From the NCBI GenBank assembly GCA_963719515.1, contig CAVRCJ010000006.1, forward strand, positions 435,866 to 499,865: DNA of 64,000 nt, read 5' to 3'. This document shows positions 39,825 to 48,561 of this stretch, in pieces (positions within the stretch are counted from its first letter, which is position 1; every line of letters begins with the position of its first letter). The position numbers and the translations under genes were made by a program. A model generated the notes under the pieces. That model was not told the origin of the DNA and did not search any database. It worked only from the letters and a program-made list of their open reading frames with translations. This DNA is from an uncultured cyanobacterium. Its GTDB lineage: Bacteria > Cyanobacteriota > Cyanobacteriia > CAKZMO01.

Positions 39825-42011
39825 CTATTGCCCAGAAAGCATGGCTACAGGGTTGATAGCACCTTGGTCGGGTAGGTGAAGCTCGAAATGCACGTGGGGG
39901 CCAGTGCTGTAGCCTGTGCTGCCCATCTCGGCAATCTGTTCACCCTGACGCACCTTTTGACCTACGCGCACCAAGTTGCGGCTGTTGTGGGCGTACCGAG
40001 TTTTGTTGCCGTCGGGGTGGCGAATATCAACCATGTTGCCATAGCCCCCCGAGTTCCAGCCGGAGAACTCAATCACGCCAGGCGCAGCGGCAACAATAGG
40101 TGTTCCCACAGGGGCAGCAACGTCAATTCCTTTATGCATGCGGCCCCAGCGCCAGCCATATCCTGAGGTCAGAAGACCTTGGGCAGGCCACAGGTAGCCG
40201 TTGAACGGCATTGAGGCATCTGGAAGATGATTTTCTGGGTCAGAGAGCGGCGGCAGCTCCGGAGAGACCATCCGTCCCGTTACGGGCTCGGCTAGAGGCG
40301 CGTAGTTGGCTGAACCTAGAGGCGCAGCGGCGACTAAAGCCTCTGGCTCCACGGCCTCTGGCTCGTTCGCAGCCTCTGGCTGGCTCACAGCCTCCGACGT
40401 TGACGTCTGAACGGCGGTGCGGGTGGAAGGAGCGCTGCCAAGCTGGCGGGAGGCCACAAATTCTGGGTTAACGCTGTCGTTAACCTGGTCCGACACCGTT
40501 GAGTCTAATGCCGTTGAGGTGGGCTCATTCAGCGTTGCCGGAGCGTCTTGCGCTGCTAAAGCCCTGGGAGCCTCGTCAGAAGTCGCCTCAATCTCACCGT
40601 CCTCTGCGATTTCCTCAATGTCGCTGATCAGGTCTTCAGCATAGGGATTAGAGGCTGCGATCGCGGCTTCTCTTTCAGCTGAAGCGCTATTCACAGGCTC
40701 ATCGACGGAGGGCGCTAGACTTTCGGCGGCGCTGATCGCTGTAGCTTGATCCGAACTAGGAGTCGGCTGCTCTAGGAGGGCCTCAGGCTGAACGGCTGGT
40801 TCAGCAGAGTTACGCACAGCGGCGGGAAACCGAGACGCCTCGGCGGTCGGGATGGAGACCGGTCGCGCTGCCGCTAGCTGAACGGGCTCGTCGGGAATCT
40901 GGGGCAAAGACGCTGCTGCAGGCTGCGGCGCTGCCGGAACCTTTAGCGTTTGTCCAACAAAAATTCGGTTGGGGTCGCGCAGGCCATTGAGCTCAATCAG
41001 CTCTCGGGTCGAGAGGCCGTAGGTTTGAGCGATAGAAGAAACCGTCTCGCCAAGACCAATGGTGTGAGTTGACGCCCCTATAGCGCCGATGCCATGCGCC
41101 GTTGGCAGCGCAGAGACGACAGACGCATCAGCAATCAGCTGCTCGCGCTGCCCTTCTGCCTGCAGCGCTTCCGTCTCGACAGCCCCCGGAACGACCAAAG
41201 AGGGCGCATTTGACTGCCCAACGTCTACTTTGTCCTTCTGGGCAGTTAAGGCTTTACTGATCTCAGGCGAGGCAAGCAGGGCTTCTTCCTTCTGAAAGTC
41301 GCGTAAGGCGGCAGCGGCCTCAACGGAAGCCCCTACGGCAGTGGCGGCCTGTTGAACTTGGATCTGGGCCAAATTACGGGAAGCTTTAGCGGTGGAGCGG
41401 GGCTCAGCGACGGCCCGAGGCGTCTGCTTCGAAATCTGGCGTCTGTGCGCTGTCGTCAAAATTTCAATGGTTTGTCCCACGCGCAGGCTATCGGCGTCAA
41501 CACCGTTGTTGCGCGCAATATCTCCTGGGGACACTTGGTATAGCTGTGCCAGATTCCAAAGTGTCTCGCCCTCGCGGACGACGTGCTTAACTGCGATCGC
41601 ACGAGCGCTTGAGGCCGGCATGGGCACAGCTGCCGCAGAGGGTCTGCTCGGAGCGGCGACTTCGGTAGCGACCGGCCGGTCAGCCGCTGTCTCGACGACC
41701 ATCGTCTCAGAAGCAATCGCTTCGGTAACCGCTTCCTCTGCGGTAGCCGCTGCCTCCACGTCAAGATCGCTTTGCCGCGTCAGGGATGGTGCAATCGCAC
41801 CCACAACTTTGGCCTTATCCCCCGCTGCAGATGCTGGCTGATGCGGGACAAGTGCAGCCGATGCTCCCACAGAAAATGCTAACCCTAGCACCGTCATCGC
41901 TGATGCTCTAGCTTTAGCGGGCATAGACCCGCTGCGCTTGGACGAATGTGCCATGGCAGACTCTGGTAATTCCATAGGAAACTCTTCCTCTTGCCGAAAT
42001 ACGCGTTTCAA
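39825..42011 (-). CDS. LysM x2 + M23 peptidoglycan DD-metalloendopeptidase (NlpD-like)
   Basis: Two LysM motifs; HKGIDV, RYAH, GPHVHFE; TTG start at 42011 lies 7 nt after an AGGAGG RBS. Confidence 0.9.
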   Translation of the reverse strand: MKRVFRQEEEFPMELPESAMAHSSKRSGSMPAKARASAMTVLGLAFSVGASAALVPHQPASAAGDKAKVVGAIAPSLTRQSDLDVEAAATAEEAVTEAIASETMVVETAADRPVATEVAAPSRPSAAAVPMPASSARAIAVKHVVREGETLWNLAQLYQVSPGDIARNNGVDADSLRVGQTIEILTTAHRRQISKQTPRAVAEPRSTAKASRNLAQIQVQQAATAVGASVEAAAALRDFQKEEALLASPEISKALTAQKDKVDVGQSNAPSLVVPGAVETEALQAEGQREQLIADASVVSALPTAHGIGAIGASTHTIGLGETVSSIAQTYGLSTRELIELNGLRDPNRIFVGQTLKVPAAPQPAAASLPQIPDEPVQLAAARPVSIPTAEASRFPAAVRNSAEPAVQPEALLEQPTPSSDQATAISAAESLAPSVDEPVNSASAEREAAIAASNPYAEDLISDIEEIAEDGEIEATSDEAPRALAAQDAPATLNEPTSTALDSTVSDQVNDSVNPEFVASRQLGSAPSTRTAVQTSTSEAVSQPEAANEPEAVEPEALVAAAPLGSANYAPLAEPVTGRMVSPELPPLSDPENHLPDASMPFNGYLWPAQGLLTSGYGWRWGRMHKGIDVAAPVGTPIVAAAPGVIEFSGWNSGGYGNMVDIRHPDGNKTRYAHNSRNLVRVGQKVRQGEQIAEMGSTGYSTGPHVHFELHLPDQGAINPVAMLSGQ

Positions 42012-42680
42012 ACAGCGACCTCCTAGTGTAACCATCGCCTGATTTCCGGGAGCGATTACGCTCCTATATGTCAGTCAATGATATGGATCACATAGACCAA
42101 GACATAACGTCACCGACGGGTCTAGTTATCGTAGGTTAGATTACCTTGCTTTACCAAAATACACAAGATAGTTCCCTCGCCTCAGCAGTCTGAACGATTA
42201 GATTTTGAAATCGAGCCTTTTGAGGTCCGAGTAGACCGTTTTTGGTGCTGTCTAAGGGACCTAACCTGGTCGGCCAAAGCCTTATATAAGGGGAATCTAA
42301 CGCCCAGAGACTACTAAGCAGCACTGGGGTGCTTAGCCCAGCAAACAGTCTAGCTTAGATCGCCTGAAATGTAATCCGAGGCGAATTGTGCATAAAAGTG
42401 AGCCATCCGTTCTAATAGCAAGACTTATACAGGGCAAGTACCGTTAGATGGAGAAGTGCCGCTGCGCCAAATTTCACCCGAAATTCACCTATATCAAGGA
42501 ACATCCCAATTAGCGGGAAGCGCAGGCGTTTGATATTAGCGTTGATATCAGCGCTGCTTCTGCAGCAGTTACAGGCGCTTTGTAAAGATCCGCATAGGGA
42601 TTTCTTATGAGAGAGTCAAGATAAACTAGACGCGCAAAAAATTCTCGTTCCCCGCCTCGGGCAAGGTTTTCTGACCCCGC

Positions 42681-43145
42681 TCACGGTTCCAAGTAGCCGA
42701 GCTGCCGCCGGGCTTCGAACAGCCCTAAGGCGGCGCTAACGGAAAGATTAAGACTGCGAACGTGTGACTGCGACATCGGGATGTGGACCGTTTCGTCGCA
42801 GGCCTCCAGTACGGCGGCGGGGAGCCCTTGGGTCTCGCAGCCAAACAAAAGCCAGTCGTCAGGGTGAAACTGAAACGTGCTGTAGTTCAGGGCTCCGGAG
42901 GTGCTGAATCCTACCCAGCGTCCTGGCTCGGTCTGTCTAATCGCTGAAAACTCGTCCAAAGAATCGTGGCAGTGCAAATCGACGTGGGGCCAATAGTCTA
43001 AACCCGCCCTCTTGAGATAGCGATCGCTCAGCTCAAAGCCCAGGGGACCGACTAGGTGAAGCGCTGTCTCCGTCGCCGCACAGGTGCGGGCAATGTTGCC
43101 GGTGTTGGGCGGAATCTCTGGATGGACTAGTACCACACAAGGCAT
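42681..43145 (-). CDS. trmL: tRNA (cytidine(34)-2'-O)-methyltransferase
   Basis: PEIPPNTGNIAR, RAGLDYW, FGCETQGLP, RSLNLS. Confidence 0.93.
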   Translation of the reverse strand: MPCVVLVHPEIPPNTGNIARTCAATETALHLVGPLGFELSDRYLKRAGLDYWPHVDLHCHDSLDEFSAIRQTEPGRWVGFSTSGALNYSTFQFHPDDWLLFGCETQGLPAAVLEACDETVHIPMSQSHVRSLNLSVSAALGLFEARRQLGYLEP

Positions 43146-43198
43146 AACTGATTATCCTGATCATCAAAGCAGCAGGCACGTTACCCGGATTGCCTGCA

Positions 43199-44350
43199 TT
43201 ACGCCGCCAGCTGCTGGCACAGCTGGTCTTCCAGCATCTGCTCCTGCTGAATCATATCTTCTATGCTGTGCTGCAGAACGACCTGAGTATCCTGCACCTG
43301 AGCGTAGTGGCTCAGCCACTGCTGGGCCGTGTTCCCCCGCTTTAGAAGAGCCTGAATGGGCAGCAAAAAGCAGCCGATACCTTGGGCTTTCGCCGTCGGC
43401 CACACCTCCTGATAGAGCTCTTGGATCCAGTCGCGGGCAAGGATTGGGCGACCCTCTTGCCAGCGCCGCAGCTGAGCGTCCAAGCTGCTGTGGGCTGCGG
43501 CCAGCTCGTTTTCGTTGGTTAGGGTCACCAAATCCTCAGCGCGGCTAGCCTCGGGGAGCTGGCTGGCCTGTAGCGGGTCAAGACTCGGGTCGGCGATCGC
43601 CTGGGTGATGCGCGACTCTAGCAGGGCGGTGATGGCAAGTAGGGAAATGGGGTCGGTGACCAAGTCACAAATTCTCAGCTCCAGCCGGTTGAGCTGATAG
43701 GGACGGCGATCGCCGTTGGGGCGCACAGAATCCCAGAGGTGGCGAACGTTTTGCATGGTGCCCGCCTCAAGCTGGGCTTTGGTCCACTCTATATAATGAC
43801 GGTGATTTTCAAACAGGGGGACGTGGGCCGGGGTCTTGGGGAAGGTGTACCACCGGGAGGAGTGATGGCCCGTTGGTTTGCCGTCTATAAAAGGAGACGA
43901 AGCGCTGAGGGCAAGATAGAGGGGCCCCTCGACCCGGACTAGGCGGCAGGCCCGCATCAGCACTTCGGGGTCTTCGATGCCGATATTGATGTGGATGCTG
44001 GCGGTGACGACTGAGGTGCCGTAGGTCTGCTCAATGTAGTCGTGGTAGGGATTATTAGGGTCGGAGCGGTGGAAGCGATCGCTGCCGCCCAGGGAGAGGG
44101 TGCTGCCCGGGATGAGGGTATAGTCTCCCAGGCTTTTGAGATACTTCCGCAGCTTTAGCCGGGGCTGCACGAGTTCGCACAGCAGTCGCTCGTAGCGGCA
44201 GAAGGGGGCGGTGGTGTATTCGACGTTGCGGCTGTCGGGCTCCCGCACAAATCCGCTCAGGTCTCTGACGATGCGGTCGGATAGGCCCACCACCTGGCCG
44301 TCGGGAGTACCGGTGTAGACCTCGACCTCAAACCCTTTTGTCAGCAGCAC
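43199..44350 (-). CDS. gshA: Glutamate--cysteine ligase (cyanobacterial type)
   Basis: KGFEVE, EPDSRNVEY, ASIHINIG, SASSPF, RLELRICD. Confidence 0.9.
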   Translation of the reverse strand: MLLTKGFEVEVYTGTPDGQVVGLSDRIVRDLSGFVREPDSRNVEYTTAPFCRYERLLCELVQPRLKLRKYLKSLGDYTLIPGSTLSLGGSDRFHRSDPNNPYHDYIEQTYGTSVVTASIHINIGIEDPEVLMRACRLVRVEGPLYLALSASSPFIDGKPTGHHSSRWYTFPKTPAHVPLFENHRHYIEWTKAQLEAGTMQNVRHLWDSVRPNGDRRPYQLNRLELRICDLVTDPISLLAITALLESRITQAIADPSLDPLQASQLPEASRAEDLVTLTNENELAAAHSSLDAQLRRWQEGRPILARDWIQELYQEVWPTAKAQGIGCFLLPIQALLKRGNTAQQWLSHYAQVQDTQVVLQHSIEDMIQQEQMLEDQLCQQLAA

Positions 44351-44430
44351 GGTATTACCTCGGGGGACTCAATTATCTACGTTACGCCAGTGGGGGAATT
44401 GGGGAAATACCTTTAGGCGGGTATCGGCAA

Positions 44431-44478
44431 GGTGGTCTGTATTAGGGGTGGTCTGCATTAGGGGTCGTCTGCATTAGG
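44431..44478. repeat. Three 16-bp tandem repeats between ilvD and gshA
   Basis: GGTGGTCTGTATTAGG / GGTGGTCTGCATTAGG / GGTCGTCTGCATTAGG. Confidence 0.85.
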
Positions 44479-44536
44479 GAAGGACATGGCATTGCCATGT
44501 CCCTACCGTACGTTTGCACCCTTTCTACAAAGGATT

Positions 44537-46219
44537 CTATAGGTTGCAATCGGTGACGGCCCCGACGCTGCTGGAGGACACCAGCTTGGCATACTTGGCC
44601 AAAACGCCGCGCGTGTAGCGCGGTGCGGGGGGCTGCCACTGGGCGCGGCGCTGGGCTAGCTCGTCGTCGGACACCTCTAGGTGCAAGCGGCGCTCGTCGG
44701 CGTCGATGGTAATCGTGTCGCCGTCTTTGACGAGGGCGATCGCCCCGCCCACCGCCGCTTCCGGGGCCACGTGGCCCACCACCATGCCGTAGGTGCCACC
44801 GGAGAAGCGCCCGTCGGTAATCAAGCCTACCGAATCGCCCAGCCCCGCGCCGATGATGGCGGAGGTGGGGGCCAGCATTTCTCGCATGCCGGGGCCGCCT
44901 TTAGGACCTTCGTAGCGCACCACGATCACGTCCCCGGCGCTGATTTGGCCGTCTAAAATGGCGGCGAGACAGTCTTCTTCAGACTCAAACACCCGGGCCG
45001 GACCGCTGATGGATCGCTGCTTGATGCCGGTGAGCTTGGCCACTGCCCCTTCGGAGGCCAAGTTTCCTTTGAGGATGCCCAGGTGACCAGCGGGGTACAT
45101 GGGGTTGTCCCAGGGGCGGATAACGTCTTGGTCGGAGCGAGGCTCGTCGGGGATATCTGCCAACAGCTCGCTGACGGTTTGCCCATTGATGGTGGGACAG
45201 TCGCCGTGAAGCAGACCATGGGCCAGCAGCATTTTCATCACCTGGGGGATGCCGCCCGCTTTATGCAGGTCGGTGGCCACGTAGCGGCCTGAGGGCTTCA
45301 GGTCGCAGAGTACGGGCACCCGGGCGCGGATAGTCTCGAAGTCGTCTAGGGTCAAGGGCACTTCGGCAGTGTGGGCGATCGCCAGGAAGTGCAGCACGGC
45401 GTTGGTAGAGCCGCCCACCGCCATAATGACTGAAAGGGCGTTCTCAATGGATTTGCGGGTAATAATGTCGCGGGGCAGGCGCTGCTCGCGGATGGCGTCC
45501 AGCAGGACGTAGGCCGATTTCTCGGTGCTCTCCAGCTTCTCGGCATCTTCTGCCGCCATGGTGGAGGAATACATGAGGCTCATGCCCATGGCCTCAAAGG
45601 CCGACGACATGGTGTTGGCGGTGAACATGCCGCCGCAGGAGCCCGCGCCGGGGCAGGCGTTTTGCTCTACCGCCGTCAGCTCGGCCTCGTCAATTTTGCC
45701 GGCGCTGTGCTGACCTACAGCCTCGAAGGCGCTCACCACTGTTAGGTCTTGGCCGTTGAGGTGCCCCGGCTTGATGGTGCCGCCGTAGACGAACACGGCC
45801 GGGATATTCATGCGGGCCATGGCGATCATCGCGCCGGGCATATTCTTGTCGCAGCCCCCCACCGCAATCACGCCGTCCATGCTCTGGGCGGTGGTGGCGG
45901 TCTCGATGGCGTCGGCAATTACCTCGCGGGAGACGAGGGAGTATTTCATGCCCTCGGTGCCCATGGAAATGCCGTCGCTGACGGTGATGGTGCCGAACAT
46001 CTGGGGCATGCCGCCGGCTTCCCGCAGGCTAGCGTCGGCTTTTAAGGCCAGGTCGTTGAGCCCCATGTTGCAGGGGGTGATGGTGCTGTAGCCGTTGGCA
46101 ACGCCGACAATGGGCTTGGTGAAGTCGCCATCTTCAAACCCGACGGCCCGCAGCATGGCGCGGTTGGGGCTGCGCTGTACGCCCTGGGTGATGGCTTGGC
46201 TTCTGCGATTGTCCGGCAT
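44537..46219 (-). CDS. ilvD: Dihydroxy-acid dehydratase
   Basis: [37 protein letters not shown]. Confidence 0.97.
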   Translation of the reverse strand: MPDNRRSQAITQGVQRSPNRAMLRAVGFEDGDFTKPIVGVANGYSTITPCNMGLNDLALKADASLREAGGMPQMFGTITVSDGISMGTEGMKYSLVSREVIADAIETATTAQSMDGVIAVGGCDKNMPGAMIAMARMNIPAVFVYGGTIKPGHLNGQDLTVVSAFEAVGQHSAGKIDEAELTAVEQNACPGAGSCGGMFTANTMSSAFEAMGMSLMYSSTMAAEDAEKLESTEKSAYVLLDAIREQRLPRDIITRKSIENALSVIMAVGGSTNAVLHFLAIAHTAEVPLTLDDFETIRARVPVLCDLKPSGRYVATDLHKAGGIPQVMKMLLAHGLLHGDCPTINGQTVSELLADIPDEPRSDQDVIRPWDNPMYPAGHLGILKGNLASEGAVAKLTGIKQRSISGPARVFESEEDCLAAILDGQISAGDVIVVRYEGPKGGPGMREMLAPTSAIIGAGLGDSVGLITDGRFSGGTYGMVVGHVAPEAAVGGAIALVKDGDTITIDADERRLHLEVSDDELAQRRAQWQPPAPRYTRGVLAKYAKLVSSSSVGAVTDCNL

Positions 46220-46327
46220 GCTTGGCTGTCCTGAAGTTGAGGCGGGATAACCTATTTATTTTTGCAAACCGCTGCTGGGAATGGGGGGCTTCGTTGACAA
46301 TCTGTATCGTTTTCTATGAAGTACGTC

Positions 46328-46569
46328 GGGGCGAGCGTTTTGGGGTTTAGGTTGGGTTGGGGCACAGCATGTACGGGGGGTAGGGGCGATCGCTTTTTGG
46401 ATGGGGGCGATCGTTTTGGGATTTGGGTTGGGTTGGGGCACAGCGTGCTGTGCCCGTACGGGGGGTAGGGGCGATCGCTTTTTGGATGGGGGCGATCGTT
46501 TTGGGGTTTAGGTTGGGTTGGGGCACAGCATGCTGTGCCCGTACGGGGGGTAGGGGCGATCGCTTTTGG
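46328..46569. repeat. Three ~85-bp G-rich tandem units containing a REP-like palindrome and HIP1
   Basis: Unit GGGGCGATCGTTTTGGG..GGTTGGGTTGGGGCACAGC(A/G)TGCTGTGCCCGTACGGGGGGTAGGGGCGATCGC; first copy lacks 9 bp. Confidence 0.9.
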
Positions 46570-46571
46570 CG

Positions 46572-46922
46572 CTATTCTTTGGGGCGCTGCTGGATTAGGT
46601 AGCTGATGACCTGGCCTTGAGCGGGGGTGATGTGGATGCCGACTTCTCGCACGGCAATCAGCGGGGTCCAGCGGTGACGCTCTATTCGGTGGCCGAGGTG
46701 CAGGCGGTTTATGGCATCGGTGACGCCTTGGGGGGAGCCGATGAGGATGTAGTGGATGTAGTCGTAGTTGGCGTCGGGGTCAGGGGTGGTGAGATTGAGG
46801 GTGGGAGCCTCGTTGGGGCTGGAGGCCCCCAAACCCCCAATTCTGGGGGCTTCAGAGCTAGATACACTGGCCTGTGCCGCCTCATCAGCGGGATGAGACG
46901 ACGGGCGGTATTGGGTTGTCAT
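46572..46922 (-). CDS. Hypothetical protein (cyanobacterial GSPxxV...LH...W.P type)
   Basis: ATG with AAGGA RBS; C-terminal YILIGSPQGVTDAINRLH...WTPL domain. Confidence 0.7.
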   Translation of the reverse strand: MTTQYRPSSHPADEAAQASVSSSEAPRIGGLGASSPNEAPTLNLTTPDPDANYDYIHYILIGSPQGVTDAINRLHLGHRIERHRWTPLIAVREVGIHITPAQGQVISYLIQQRPKE

Positions 46923-47150
46923 TCTTGGATTCCTTTTTATAGATATGGGTTAAGGAAGCCAAGAATTCAGCCATCCCTTGAGCATCATGTGTTTCGGGAT
47001 GGCTGTCGGAATCGCTTATGCTACCGATAGCCGCCGAAGCAGGGATTGTCTGCTGAGGGGGTTAGGGGGCAGTTGTCGGGGCTAACGGCAACCGCCTCCG
47101 TTGAAAGGCCAAATTCTTGGGAGCCAAGCTGCGGAGGGCAGCTCTTAAGA
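46921..47150 (-). ncRNA. Candidate structured cis-regulatory leader RNA
   Basis: At least five hairpins plus alternative pairings that cover the RBS/ATG; follows a sigma70-like promoter. Confidence 0.5.
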
Positions 47151-47154
47151 AAAG

Positions 47155-47193
47155 ACAATAGCGTACTGATGAACGGGCTGCAAGAGTAGTACG
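47155..47193 (-). promoter_or_regulatory. Sigma70-like promoter with a flanking inverted repeat
   Basis: TTGCAG-N17-TATTGT on the minus strand; CGTACT...AGTACG inverted pair straddles the -35. Confidence 0.45.
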
Positions 47194-47214
47194 GATTTTT
47201 TTGGGCGATCGCTA

Positions 47215-47764
47215 CTAGGGTGGATGTCGCCCAATCGCGTAAAGCACTTGCCGCAAATTGACCGCCCCAATGCGGTTGAGCTGCAGTTTCTCGACGGTTG
47301 CTCGTCCTGTTAGCGTTAGTCCTACGACGGTCGAAGAATCAGGACTCCAAGTAAAGTGCTCCCTCCATGAGTTCTGGCGAGAGTGATAGAGGGCAACAAG
47401 TCGCCCCTGAACCGGATCGTGAGCAGTGACATTGTTATATTTATGGCCGTTACAGCCTTGGCAGGCCAGCGCCAAATTGTCCTGGTCGTTAGTTCCGCTC
47501 TCAAAGAGCGGAATAATGTGCTCGATCGAGAATCAATAGTCCGGACACTTTTCTGGACAAGTGCTGAAACCCTCGATTTCTCGTTGGCCAAGCTGCCGTG
47601 GAAGAGGCCTGAAACCCGCATTCCACCGTTAGCCATCAAAAACTGTCCGGAGTGTTGGAGAATGGATCAGGGGAGAAGCGGGCTTGACTCTGACAGTACT
47701 CGCAGCAGCCGTTTGCGCGTTGAGCGACGTAGTTTCGCTGAGCGGCGGAGATGCGATTAGCCAT
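47215..47764 (-). pseudogene. HNH endonuclease interrupted by a MITE (139 aa when repaired)
   Basis: MANRISAAQRNYVAQRANGCCEYC...DPFS | IEHIIP...NLALACQGCNGHK; removing 130 bp restores the frame. Confidence 0.92.
47534..47657. mobile_element. 124-bp MITE with 19-bp terminal inverted repeats and 6-bp TSD
   Basis: CAATAGTCCGGACACTTTT ... AAAACTGTCCGGAGTGTTG (3 mismatches), flanked by GAGAAT at 47528-47533 and 47658-47663. Confidence 0.92.
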
Positions 47765-48152
47765 AGGCAAGGGTTTCAATGCCTAGATTCGCCATCAGAG
47801 TCTCAAGGCTGACCCCTCGATGCTCTGACAAATTAATTAGAGCTTGAATACGGCGAACGTTGGCTTGCTCAATCTGCTCAGAGATGATGACTAGCTCCGT
47901 CTGCTCGGCTTTTGTCAGGGTCTCAGCCTGACGCTCTGCAATTAGCGTATGGTAGCGTTCCCAAGTATTTTGCGAAAGCCCGATGTTGACCTGCTCCAAC
48001 AGCTCGGCTTCTACGGTAGTGGAAGTCGGCGGGCTAAGGCGCTGCTGCAATAGATTGAGGATGTAGCTGGTGGGGTCAATGCCTTGCTGTGTTGCAGCTT
48101 CTCACAGACGTTGCTCTAGTTCTGGAGTGAGGGTGAGGGTTAGCGTCGCCAT
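47757..48152 (-). pseudogene. Antitoxin-like partner gene of the HNH nuclease with an in-frame TGA at codon 17
   Basis: MATLTLTLTPELEQRL*EAATQQGIDPTSYILNLL continues in frame into the 97-aa ORF; its stop overlaps the HNH start. Confidence 0.75.
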
Positions 48153-48222
48153 AGTACTGACGGGATTAGATTTCCTCTATTGTAGTGGCGAGTTTTTTAG
48201 GCGATCGCTTTTATGGTGTTTA

Positions 48223-48453
48223 GTTTTGCTCAAGCGTTTGCTGCTGTCGTTTAAGCGTTAAAGGGTTTTGCTGAAGCAATGATAAGTTTCCTTTAAGCAC
48301 TTGTTGTATACCTATAAGCGGCAAGGGGTTTTGCTTGAGCGGTTATCGCGATCGCTTGAGCTGCTGTTGGTTTCGCTGAAGCGGTACGGGGTTTTGCTGA
48401 AGCGATCGCGGCTCACCAGTAAGCGTTTGTTGGTTTTGCTTGAGCGGTGGCGG
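48223..48453. repeat. Eleven degenerate 21-bp tandem units
   Basis: Exact 21-bp register, invariant AGC at unit positions 11-13, consensus GTTTTGCTn(A/G)AGCG. Confidence 0.85.
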
Positions 48454-48561
48454 TGGCGTTGCGTGAGGCGGCAGCTTCAGTGGGCTGAAGAGGGCGATCG
48501 CGTTGTGGCTATATTAAGCGATTGAAATTAAAGTGGGGATATTCAGCATAGCCCCATAGTT

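Noticed and set aside
42036..42680. ncRNA in the long spacer upstream of the LysM-M23 gene
   Set aside because: No convincing stems, tRNA fold or ORF seen; likely an extended promoter region
46328..46569. CRISPR mini-array
   Set aside because: Whole 85-bp units are near-identical; there are no unique spacers
48223..48453. CRISPR array
   Set aside because: Period only 21 bp with no constant repeat/unique spacer structure, and no cas genes in the window
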